DNA of 64,000 nt from an uncultured cyanobacterium (GTDB taxonomy: Bacteria; Cyanobacteriota; Cyanobacteriia; Cyanobacteriales; CAWUOF01). Below, one piece after another: positions 9,996-18,671 of this stretch. Location of the stretch: the NCBI GenBank assembly GCA_963744145.1, contig CAVUSO010000001.1:4246459-4310458 (forward strand), in the 5' to 3' direction. The position numbers were made by a program, and so were the translations under genes. The notes beneath the pieces are model-generated. The model did not search any database, had not been told where the DNA came from, and was given only the letters and a program-made list of their open reading frames with translations. Position 1 is the stretch's first letter, and every line of letters starts with the position of its first letter.

Positions 9996-10406
9996 TAATT
10001 CTTATTCTAAATTGCTTGTGATCACAATCCCATCCCCAGCGATCCAATGTCTGTCTATTCTCTCTTCTTGAGAATGAAGCACATTTTTATAGAATCGGAT
10101 TTTTAGGCATCATCGTTGCGATCGGGCGGCAATTCTGGCCAGGCTTTCTGTTATTATTGTCCCCTCGTACTACGGATCACCCGTTCTTATGGTAATAATT
10201 AAAATTTATTGAATTTCCAAATACTTACTACATAAGCTTTTCTCCTACTCGCTCTGTCTGTTCATTTTCTGGCTAAAGAATAGACAGACATTGGGTAGTT
10301 TAGCGATCGCTAACAATTACTAATCAAACGGATCTGAAGCTTGAAACGATTGCTAATAAAACGGTAAGCGCAATTGAATCCGGGTGATTAGTAATCGAAT
10401 ATTGGT

Positions 10407-10988
10407 CTACAAAATATCGTCAACGCTAATTACTATGTCTGGAAACGCCAGGGGTGAGATAGTTTCCCCGCATCTAAATTGTTGGATACTTTCATAGCCA
10501 TTAGCACTTGGTTGGCGATAAACCTCAATTATTTTGACTTCTATGTCTACGATCCAAAGTTCAATAATTCCTGCTTTACTGTAGCTAACTGACTTCACAT
10601 TACGGTCGTGGTCAATAGTGGTGTCTGCTACTTCAATTAATAAATATACGTCTTGGGGCTGTGGGAGTAGATCCCCGTAATCATCATCACGTAGTTTCAA
10701 AACCAATAGATCCGGTTCTGGCACTAATTTTCCGTTCAATCTGACTGGGATTCGTGCGGCGATTAAAGCGCGATCATCTAAAAGTTTGGGGAAAATTTTA
10801 ATCAATCTAATTAGACCCCTTATATGACGACTACCCATCGCTGCCATATAGATAATATCCCCATCAATTAGTTCTGTCCTGCCATCTCCAAGCATCCCCA
10901 ACTCACTCAGCTTGTAATATTCCTCTACCGTGAATTGCTTTCTTGTTGGTGTTATTGCTGTTGCTACTGCGATCATCTTTTTCACCAT
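10407..10988 (-). CDS. Uma2 family paralogue, tandem copy 3
   Basis: Same motif set as copy 1. Its upstream leader (10999..11056) matches the leader of copy 1 (9001..9058). Confidence 0.8.
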   Translation of the reverse strand: MVKKMIAVATAITPTRKQFTVEEYYKLSELGMLGDGRTELIDGDIIYMAAMGSRHIRGLIRLIKIFPKLLDDRALIAARIPVRLNGKLVPEPDLLVLKLRDDDYGDLLPQPQDVYLLIEVADTTIDHDRNVKSVSYSKAGIIELWIVDIEVKIIEVYRQPSANGYESIQQFRCGETISPLAFPDIVISVDDIL

Positions 10989-11280
10989 CCCATTTACTGA
11001 CTAGCTCCGATTATTCCCATTCTAATTGCGTTCACTAGCTTGTACCGTAGGTAATCACGATCGCGTACCGTAGGTAATCGCGTGGTCGTTGTCCAGTATC
11101 TAGATTTTTTGGCGATCGCGATCGTGGTCTAGTTCCAATGTGGTCTATTATCTGGCTAGAGAATTAACAGACATTGGATAGGTTTTGATAACTAATCAAA
11201 CGGATATAAAGCTTGAAACGATTGCTAGTTAAACGGTAAGCGTGATTGAATCCGGTTGATTAGTAATCGGATCTATTGGC

Positions 11281-11874
11281 CTACAAAATATCGTCAACGC
11301 TGATCTCTATGTCTGGGAATGACAGGGGTGAGATACTTTCACCACGTCTAAATTGTTGGATACTTTCATAACCGTTCGGACCAGGATTGCGGTAGACCTC
11401 TATCAATTCGGCTTTTACATCTACGATCCAAAGTTCAATAATTCCTGCTTGACTGTAGAGGACTGATTTTTCATTACGGTCATATCCCGCCGTGGTGACC
11501 GATACTTCAATTAATAGATATACGTCTTGGGGTTGTGGGAGTTGATACCTGTAACGATCACCACGCCGTTTCAAAATTGATATATCCGGTTCTGGTTCTA
11601 ATCTGCCGTTTAGCCTGACTGGGGTCTGGGCTACGACTGATGCACGATCATTTAAAAGTTTGGGAAAAATTTCAATCAGCCCAATTAAACAACTTACATG
11701 ACCACTACCCATCGGTGCCATAAGCATAATATCCCCATCAATTAGTTCTGTCCGTTCATCCGGTCCGATTATCCCTAATTCACCCAGTTGGTGATATTCC
11801 TCGACCGTGAACTTCTTTCTTGTTGGTGTTGTTGCTGTTGCTACTGCGATCATCTTTCTCACCATCCTATCCAC
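11281..11874 (-). CDS. Uma2 family paralogue, tandem copy 4
   Basis: Same motif set. It shares the MDRMVRKM N-terminal extension and the upstream leader with copy 2. Confidence 0.8.
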   Translation of the reverse strand: MDRMVRKMIAVATATTPTRKKFTVEEYHQLGELGIIGPDERTELIDGDIMLMAPMGSGHVSCLIGLIEIFPKLLNDRASVVAQTPVRLNGRLEPEPDISILKRRGDRYRYQLPQPQDVYLLIEVSVTTAGYDRNEKSVLYSQAGIIELWIVDVKAELIEVYRNPGPNGYESIQQFRRGESISPLSFPDIEISVDDIL

Positions 11875-12037
11875 TAATTCTTATTCTAAATTGTTTAGAT
11901 AGGCTTTGTTATATTTAGAATATCACTTTAAATTCTGCCAAGCCATCAGTAAAGCTTCAACTCAAAATTACTGCTCACAATTAAGCTGTGTTTAAGGGTA
12001 CAATTAATTGTTAGGTAGACCCCATTCAAGCAATAGG

Positions 12038-12294
12038 ATGGTAAGAAAGATGGTGGAAGTGACAGCAGCAACGAATATGACCGTAATGAAAAATCAATCC
12101 TCTACAGTCAAGCAGGAATTATTGAACTTTGGATTGTAGATGTAGAAGGGGCGTATTGCAATACGCCCATACTCGATGTTTATCGTAATCCTGGTCCGAA
12201 CGGTTATGAAAGTATCCAACAATTCAGACGCGGAGAAACTATCTCACCCCTGTCATTCCCAGACATAGTGATCAGTGTTGGCGATATTTTGTAG
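12038..12294 (+). pseudogene. internally deleted Uma2 remnant, opposite strand
   Basis: MVRKMV is fused directly to the EV..YDRNEKSILYSQAGIIELWIVDV...YRNPGPNGYESIQQFRRGETISPLSFPDIVISVGDIL part. About 115 codons are missing, there is a frameshift, and it carries a copy of the palindrome. Confidence 0.8.
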
Positions 12295-12400
12295 ACCAAC
12301 CGATCCTAAAATCCACTTCGATTACTAATCAAACGGATATGAAGCTTGAAACGGTTAGCTATAAATATTTACAGCGATTGAATCTGGGTGATTAATTCTG

Positions 12401-12775
12401 TTAACCTTGTCCGTTGCCTTGGTTTCTCTGTTGCAGTTGTAAATATTCCCAGATGCGTCTAATCTCGGCTCGATCTTCTTCACGTTGTCGGGATGCTGAC
12501 CTATCGTGTCGTACCAATTCCGTAACTAATCCCGACAAGTCTGTAATTATTCCCGACAAGTCTGTAACGGTATTTTGTAGTTGCAACTGACCGTATGCCA
12601 TTAAATCTACCTTTTCAGTTAATCGCTCTATCTTCTCTGTAATAGATGAAAGATTTTGCTGAACTACGAGCATTTCATCAAGCATAATATTTGTTCTTTT
12701 CCCAAACTCTGTCTCGTTCTGACTAACTCGTTCCCTTAAATTAGTTATTTGTTCTTGTAGTGAATTAGTTTCCAT
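12401..12775 (-). CDS. small coiled-coil protein, copy A
   Basis: 124 aa with heptad-like sequence. Near-identical to copy B except for a 7-aa (21-nt) internal duplication, TDLSGII/TDLSGLV. Confidence 0.55.
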   Translation of the reverse strand: METNSLQEQITNLRERVSQNETEFGKRTNIMLDEMLVVQQNLSSITEKIERLTEKVDLMAYGQLQLQNTVTDLSGIITDLSGLVTELVRHDRSASRQREEDRAEIRRIWEYLQLQQRNQGNGQG

Positions 12776-13011
12776 TTTGCTTTAGTTGATTTGGCTCAAT
12801 TTTATTGTCACTATCCGTTAGCGTTACATTCACGTAGTGTACCATAGGTAATCGCTTGTTCCAGTTCTGCTTTGGAATTGCCGATTCAAGCAAGTATCTT
12901 AACAAATCTTTGCATCCTGTCCTATTTTGCACGTATCCTGGTAGGACTCGGTAAGGTAAGAGTAAAAAACTATAAATATTTACAGCGATTGAATCCGGGT
13001 GATTAATTCTG

Positions 13012-13365
13012 TTAACCTTGTCCGTTGCCTTGGTTTCTCTGTTGCAGTTGTAAATATTCCCAGATGCGTCTGATCTCTGCTCGATCTTCTTCACGTTGTC
13101 GGGATGCTTCCATATCGCGTCGTACTAATTCCATAATTAATCCGGACAAGTCTGTAATCGTATTTTGTAGTTGCAACTGACCATATGCCATTAAATCTAC
13201 CCTTTCAGTTAATCGCTCTATCTTCTCTGTAATAGATGAAAGATTTTGCTGAACTACGAGCATTTCATCAAGCATAATATTTGTTCTTTTCCCAAACTCT
13301 GTCTCGTTCTGACTAACTCGTTCCCTTAAATTAGTTATTTGTTCTTGTAGTGAATTAGTTTCCAT
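13012..13365 (-). CDS. small coiled-coil protein, copy B
   Basis: 117 aa, near-identical to copy A at the nucleotide level. Confidence 0.55.
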   Translation of the reverse strand: METNSLQEQITNLRERVSQNETEFGKRTNIMLDEMLVVQQNLSSITEKIERLTERVDLMAYGQLQLQNTITDLSGLIMELVRRDMEASRQREEDRAEIRRIWEYLQLQQRNQGNGQG

Positions 13366-14863
13366 TTTGCTTTAGTTGATTTGGCTCAATTTTATTGTCA
13401 CTATCCGTTAGCGTTACATTCACTTAGTGTACCATAGGTAATCGCTTGTTCCAGTTCGGCTTTGGAATTGCCGATTCAAGCAAGTATCTTAACAAATCTT
13501 TGCATCTTGTCCTATTTTGCACGTATTCCGGTAGGACTCGGTAAGGTGAGAGTAAAAGCAGTCTGACCTGGTGGGGTGCGATCAATCTTTAAATCACCAC
13601 CATGTGCCCGGGCAATTTCTCGTGATAAACTAAGTCCTAAACCAGTACCCTCAATTTGACGGTTACGTGCTGATCCACCTCGATGAAAACGTTCAAAAAT
13701 TTGTTTGTGTTCACTAATTGGAATAGTCTCAGAACTATTACTGACTGTAACACAGACCGTAAAACCATAAAGTTTGGCTTCAATCCGGACCCAACCAGAG
13801 GGTAAGTTATATTTAATCGCATTAGTCAAAAGATTCTGTAAGACCTGGACTATTAAATCGCGATCGCCCCAAATTTTTAAATTTTGCCCAATCTCACTTT
13901 GCAATTCTAGTTCAGGAGCAAGAATTTCTAGATCATCAGTTAAATCGACTAACATCTTAGATAAATCCATTTCAATTGCGTGTAAACGCATTTGTCCAGC
14001 ATCAGCTAAGGAGAGGAGTAAGAGCTTACGAACAATGGTACTTAAGCGACATACTTCATCGAGGAGATGACTAAATTTTTGCTGAAGTTCGGAACCGGAA
14101 TCAACTTGTTGGAGAGCGCATTCCAATTCTCCCTGTAAAATTGCTAAGGGGGTTTTTAGTTCATGAGCTGCATCAGCACTAAAACGTAAAGCTTGTTTAA
14201 AACTACGTTCTAATCGTCCCATCATCTGATTAAATACTTTCAGTAATTCCACAAATTCCAGAATCTGCTGTACCGATCGCAATCCTTTGATCTAATCCTT
14301 TAGCGGTTACTCTTTTAATCTTACCCGTAACTTCATGTAAGGGTTTAAGCGCACGTCCCGATAACCACCAAGCTCCCAATGCTACCAAAATTAGAGCGAC
14401 GGGAATGGAAATCAAAAAAATATTACCAATCGTATTCATTTCCCGATCGATCAAGATTAAATTAATCGCGATCGCAATGCGTATTCCGGGAGTTGTCACT
14501 GCTCCAACTCGCCAATAACCGCTCAGAGTCTTTTTGGTAAAAAAATTAATATGATGGGGAATATTTTCTGGTGGTGGTAATTCTTCCGGAAGTGGGTTTA
14601 CTGGTAACTGGGATGGGTGCCGAAAACTATCTCCTGGTGTGGGTGAGGAAGATGGTTTTTTCGGTGTTGAATTTAAAGTTGGATCTCGTTTTTCCGGAAT
14701 CTCAGCAGATGGTAATTGTTTATTTGTTTCTAAATTTGAAGTTGGATAGGATTTTTCTTCAATTCCGTGAGAAGAAGATGGATTTTTCTCCACTGAGTTT
14801 GGTGCTGATTCCCTTCTTTCTTGAATTTCAATAACAGAAGATTGTTTATTATGGATGGGGGTT

Positions 14864-15100
14864 GGTACTGGCTTTGGTTTTTCCGAGATACTAGGAGAGG
14901 GAGACGGTTTTTTCTCAACTGGACTCGGTACTGGCTTTGGGTTTTCCGGGATACTAGGAGAGGGAGACGGTTTTTTCTCAACTGGACTCGGTACTGGCTT
15001 TGGGTTTTCCGGGATACTAGGAGAGGGAGACGGTTTTTTCTCAACTGGACTCGGTACTGGCTCTGGTTTTTCCGGGATACTAGGAGGGGAAATCGGTTCT
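14864..15100. repeat. 63-bp tandem repeat, about 3.7 copies, inside the kinase gene
   Basis: Copies start at 14864, 14927, 14990 and 15053. They encode PSPSPSIPENPKPVPSPVEKK units on the minus strand. Confidence 0.85.
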
Positions 15101-15145
15101 GGTTTTTCTGAATTTGGTGCTGGGGTTTGTTCTCCAGGGATTTCT

Positions 15146-15435
15146 GGTGGAGGAAATTGTCTTTCTCCTGGGGGATTAGATGGGGAAATGGGTTGACTGG
15201 GAATTCCTGGTGGAGGAAATTGTCTTTCTCCTGGGGGATTAGAGGGAGAAAAAGGTTGATCGGGAATTCCTGATGGAGGAAATTGTCTTTCTCCTGGAGG
15301 ATTAGAGGGAGGAAAAGGTTGACCAGGAATTCCTGGTGGAGGAAATTGTCTTTCTCCTGGGGGATTAGAGGGAGAAAAAGGTTGATCGGGAATTCCTGGT
15401 GGAGGAAATTGTCTTTCTCCTGGAGGGTTTTGGGG
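15146..15435. repeat. second 63-bp tandem repeat, about 4.6 copies, inside the kinase gene
   Basis: Copies start at 15146, 15209, 15272, 15335 and 15398. They encode NPPGERQFPPPGIPDQPFSPS units on the minus strand. Confidence 0.85.
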
Positions 15436-15843
15436 TGGATGTGGTTGGATTTGAGGGAAGAAAATTTTTAAGGGATCGGCAAATAAAGATAATTCGAGAC
15501 TAGATAATAGGGGAAATAATTTAGTTTGATCCAGATCAACGGGCCAACTCTGGGATTGATATAATACTTGTTCAGCATTATCAACCACGAGCAAAGCTAC
15601 CCCACGTTCAGAACTAACATTAAAAAAAGACGGTAAATCGGCTTTGTATAATGACCAATGACTGATGGGACGAGGAGGATGGGACTCTCGTAACAACTGA
15701 CTGGTAATTTCACTGTCAAGACGAGCAACTTTACTTTTATAAATAAGTAACCAGGACGCAATTCCAAAACCGATTAGGGTACTACCTGCTAATAAGACGG
15801 AGAGGAAAGCAATCCGGAAACGGAAAGAACGTAACTTCACGGT

Positions 15844-16524
15844 TTAATCTCCTCCGATTTTCCGAAACCGATAACCTACTCCACGGACACTTTCTAGATA
15901 GTCAACTCCACCCACTTGCTCCAGCTTTTTTCTGATGCGTTGAATACAAACATCAACTAGATTAGTATTTGGGTTAAAATCATATCCCCACACATGTTCA
16001 AGGATTTGGGTGCGAGTAAAGACCCGACCCGAGGAACGCATCAGGTATTCTAAGAGGTTAAACTCACGGGTAGTTAATTCGACGGACTGTTGATTATAGG
16101 TAACTTCACGAGTAATCCGATCGAGTTTTAGTGGTCCAGCACTTAAGATATTTTGCCGATCGCCCGTCACTCTTCGGATTACTGCATGAATCCGAGCAAT
16201 TAGTTCTTCGACAAAAAAAGGTTTAGATAAATAGTCATCAGCACCAAAATTTAGTCCTTCTAGTCGATCGTTTAATTCATTGCGAGCTGTCAGTAAAATT
16301 ACTGGTACATTCCGACCACTACGACGTAAGCTTTTGAGGATGAATAATCCATCCTTACCGGGAAGCATGATATCAAGCACAATTACATCATACTGATTCT
16401 CCATCGCCCGATTATATCCTTCATCACCATTATCCGTATAATCAACGAGGAATCCCTGTTCTTTTAGTCCAGCACAGACAAAGCTGGCAATTTTCGCTTC
16501 ATCTTCACAATAGAGAACATTCAT
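15844..16524 (-). CDS. OmpR-family response regulator
   Basis: Receiver domain (DVIVLDIMLPGKDG) followed by a winged-helix output (LTTREFNLLEYLM...VRGVGYRF). The kinase start lies 3 nt downstream. Confidence 0.9.
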   Translation of the reverse strand: MNVLYCEDEAKIASFVCAGLKEQGFLVDYTDNGDEGYNRAMENQYDVIVLDIMLPGKDGLFILKSLRRSGRNVPVILLTARNELNDRLEGLNFGADDYLSKPFFVEELIARIHAVIRRVTGDRQNILSAGPLKLDRITREVTYNQQSVELTTREFNLLEYLMRSSGRVFTRTQILEHVWGYDFNPNTNLVDVCIQRIRKKLEQVGGVDYLESVRGVGYRFRKIGGD

Positions 16525-16749
16525 TTGCAGAATTAATGATTGCGATTATACCCTATTCTAGCTCAATTTGACACCAACTTAAATTACAAAAATGTAATTC
16601 AGCCATGTATAGAGATGTAATTTTTAGGTTGCTTAATGAAATTATCGGGAAGAGGAAAGCCAAAAACGCAAATAAAGGTCATCTTCTTCTGCTTCAGTAA
16701 AATCACTTTCTTTCCCTCTATAAACTGCAACTATTTCAGGAGAATACTG

Positions 16750-17262
16750 ATGAAATTACGGAACTTAGTTTGTGTAGGAATTGTCTCACTGTTTATTCCT
16801 GTTAGTAGTCATCTTGCTTTTGCTCAATCCGAATTAAGTCAGACTCAATCAAATTCAACTCCTGTTGATTCTAGTAATCAGAATTCCCCTTGTCCTCCTC
16901 CACCAACTATGGGTGGAAAGGGACCTGAAGGTAATGCTTTACCACCTTGGTCTAAAGATATTAATCTGAGTAATCAACAAATAGAACAGATTAAAACACT
17001 CCACGAACAATCTCAAAAAGATACGGAAAGTTTACGACAACAACTCCATCAAGCTGAAGACCAAATGCGATCGCTGTTAGAAAGTGATGCTCCGATGGAT
17101 AAGTTACAGCAACAACATCAACAAATTCAAACCCTACGTCAACAACTTGATGATAAACATTTCCAAATGATGGTAGCTGAAAATAAGCTTTTAACTCCCG
17201 CTCAACGTAGTCAAATTAGCAAATTTATGCAGCAACATCGTCCTCCTCAACCACCAATGTAA
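16750..17262 (+). CDS. Spy/CpxP-like periplasmic protein (LTxxQ motif)
   Basis: I prefer the internal ATG at 16750, which gives a signal peptide MKLRNLVCVGIVSLFIPVSSHLAFAQ. The rest is a Q-rich helical protein with LSNQQIEQIKTLHEQ and LLTPAQRSQISKF (LTxxQ-type) motifs. It is divergent from the regulator/kinase pair. Confidence 0.6.
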   Translation: MKLRNLVCVGIVSLFIPVSSHLAFAQSELSQTQSNSTPVDSSNQNSPCPPPPTMGGKGPEGNALPPWSKDINLSNQQIEQIKTLHEQSQKDTESLRQQLHQAEDQMRSLLESDAPMDKLQQQHQQIQTLRQQLDDKHFQMMVAENKLLTPAQRSQISKFMQQHRPPQPPM

Positions 17263-17327
17263 TTTATCTTTTATCACCTTATCTTGCTCAAAAACAACTT
17301 TGTCATTACCTAAATCGGAGAAAAAAG

Positions 17328-17570
17328 ATGTCAGCTTTTACTACTTTATCAATCACGGAAGATGGATTTGCTTTCGACTCAAAAACTGGCGAAAGCTATA
17401 TTTTAAACAGTTGCGCTCAATTGGTGATTAAAGGTTTACAAAAAGGCGAAAATCGTCAAGATATCATTCACAATCTGGCACGGGAATTTGGGGTCACTCA
17501 AAATACAATTGAACGAGATATTGCCGACTTTTTTGGACAACTCAATAGTTTAGGAATGTTCACTAACTAA
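17328..17570 (+). CDS. PqqD-family small protein (peptide-chaperone / RiPP-recognition-element fold)
   Basis: 80 aa. ...DSKTGESYILNSCAQLVIKGLQKGENRQDIIHNLAREFGVTQNTIERDIADFFGQL matches the PqqD pattern (beta strands followed by a helical bundle). Confidence 0.65.
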   Translation: MSAFTTLSITEDGFAFDSKTGESYILNSCAQLVIKGLQKGENRQDIIHNLAREFGVTQNTIERDIADFFGQLNSLGMFTN

Positions 17571-17629
17571 GCTGAGGAAAAGTTGGTTGGAAATAATAAA
17601 TAAACAGAATAATTCAGAGGAGGAAATCA

Positions 17630-18670
17630 ATGAGACATCCAACCATAGCTGTTACGGGGATTAATGCGGTAGATAATCCTGGTCCTGGGACAGGAGTTGC
17701 CCGAAGTTTACGCGAAGATCAAGAATTATCAATGCAAATTGTTGGTCTAGCTTATGACGCAATGGAACCAGGGTTATATATGGATTGGCTATTCGATCGC
17801 CGTTATATTATGCCATATCCTGCGGCTGAACCGGAAGTTTCTTTAGAACGATTAGAACAAATTCAGTCACAATTTGGACTTGATTGCATTATCCCTAATT
17901 TCGATCTCGAATTACCCCTTTACATTCGTTATGCTCAGGAGCTAAAAGCACTCGGAATTCACACTTATCTACCTACTAAAGCTCAATTTGCGCTCCGTAA
18001 TAAAGCGAATTTGACTGAAGCTGCGAAAAATTTTGGAGTAGAGACACCCAAGACTATTGTAGTAAGTTCAGTACAGGAATTGCAGGAAGCGACCAAAGAA
18101 TTAGGGTTTCCCTTAATGATTAAAGGACCCTATTACAAAGCTTACAAAGTTTCTAGCAATCAAGAAGCATTACATCGCTTTTATCACTTAGCTAATGAAT
18201 GGGGATATCCCATCATTGTGCAACAGATAGTGAGTGGAATTGAATTGAATTTAGTCTCAGTTGGGGATGGTAAAGGGAGTCACCTCGGTTTAGTCGCAAT
18301 TAAAAAGATGGGGGTGACAGATTTAGGGAAAATCTGGAGTGGTTTAACGATTCATCATCCTGGGTTATTAAAAGTTGCGGAAAACTTTCTTCAACATACC
18401 CAATGGAAAGGTCCGTTTGAACTCGAATGTATCGCGGATGTGGATGGAACTATCTATCTGATTGAAATTAACCCTCGATTTCCAGCATGGACTTATTTTG
18501 CTACAGGAGTGGGAGTTAATTTACCTGCTCGATTAGTCCGAGCTGCTCTAGGATTACCTTTACCTCCCTTAGAACCCTATCCCGTCGGTAAATTATTGAT
18601 GCGTTATACCTACGAAATGGTCATGGACGCAACCCCTCTACAAACCTTAGTAACCATCGGAGAAAGATAA
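17630..18670 (+). CDS. ATP-grasp ligase (carboxylate-amine ligase type)
   Basis: 346 aa. GFPLMIKGPYY..., IVQQIVSG.ELN, and the Mg-binding ELECIAD..GTIYLIEINPRFPAW. Confidence 0.8.
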   Translation: MRHPTIAVTGINAVDNPGPGTGVARSLREDQELSMQIVGLAYDAMEPGLYMDWLFDRRYIMPYPAAEPEVSLERLEQIQSQFGLDCIIPNFDLELPLYIRYAQELKALGIHTYLPTKAQFALRNKANLTEAAKNFGVETPKTIVVSSVQELQEATKELGFPLMIKGPYYKAYKVSSNQEALHRFYHLANEWGYPIIVQQIVSGIELNLVSVGDGKGSHLGLVAIKKMGVTDLGKIWSGLTIHHPGLLKVAENFLQHTQWKGPFELECIADVDGTIYLIEINPRFPAWTYFATGVGVNLPARLVRAALGLPLPPLEPYPVGKLLMRYTYEMVMDATPLQTLVTIGER

Positions 18671-18671
18671 A

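Larger units (their letters stand above)
12359..13557. repeat. tandem duplication, 611-bp unit x2
   Basis: 12359..12967 and 12970..13557 align throughout. The unit includes the coiled-coil gene, its leader and the last ~46 nt of the histidine kinase CDS. Confidence 0.85.
13512..15840 (-). pseudogene. sensor histidine kinase (TM - Pro-rich repeat loop - TM - HAMP - HisKA - HATPase), frame broken at about 14255
   Basis: ORF 14230..15840 ends inside the HAMP linker (...GLDQRIAIGTAD then nonsense). ORF 13512..14282, in another frame, continues EFVELLKVFNQMMGRLERSF..FSADAAHELKTPL (H-box), then the N, G1 and G2 boxes (NAIKYN, GTGLGLS). Confidence 0.75.

Noticed and set aside
12765-13094. 109-aa ORF spanning the tandem-duplication junction
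   Set aside because: It is created by the junction of the 611-bp repeat and overlaps both coiled-coil genes and the copied kinase 3' end. It is most likely an artefact.
8270-13400. Complete integron
   Set aside because: No tyrosine recombinase or attI is in the window, and spacers between ORFs are long. Only the attC-like shape of the 74-nt element is retained as a hypothesis.
14571-15471. Several 60-113-aa ORFs on both strands (14571, 14730, 14821, 14855, 15283)
   Set aside because: They are frame shadows of the 63-bp repeats inside the kinase gene. Repeats keep every frame open.
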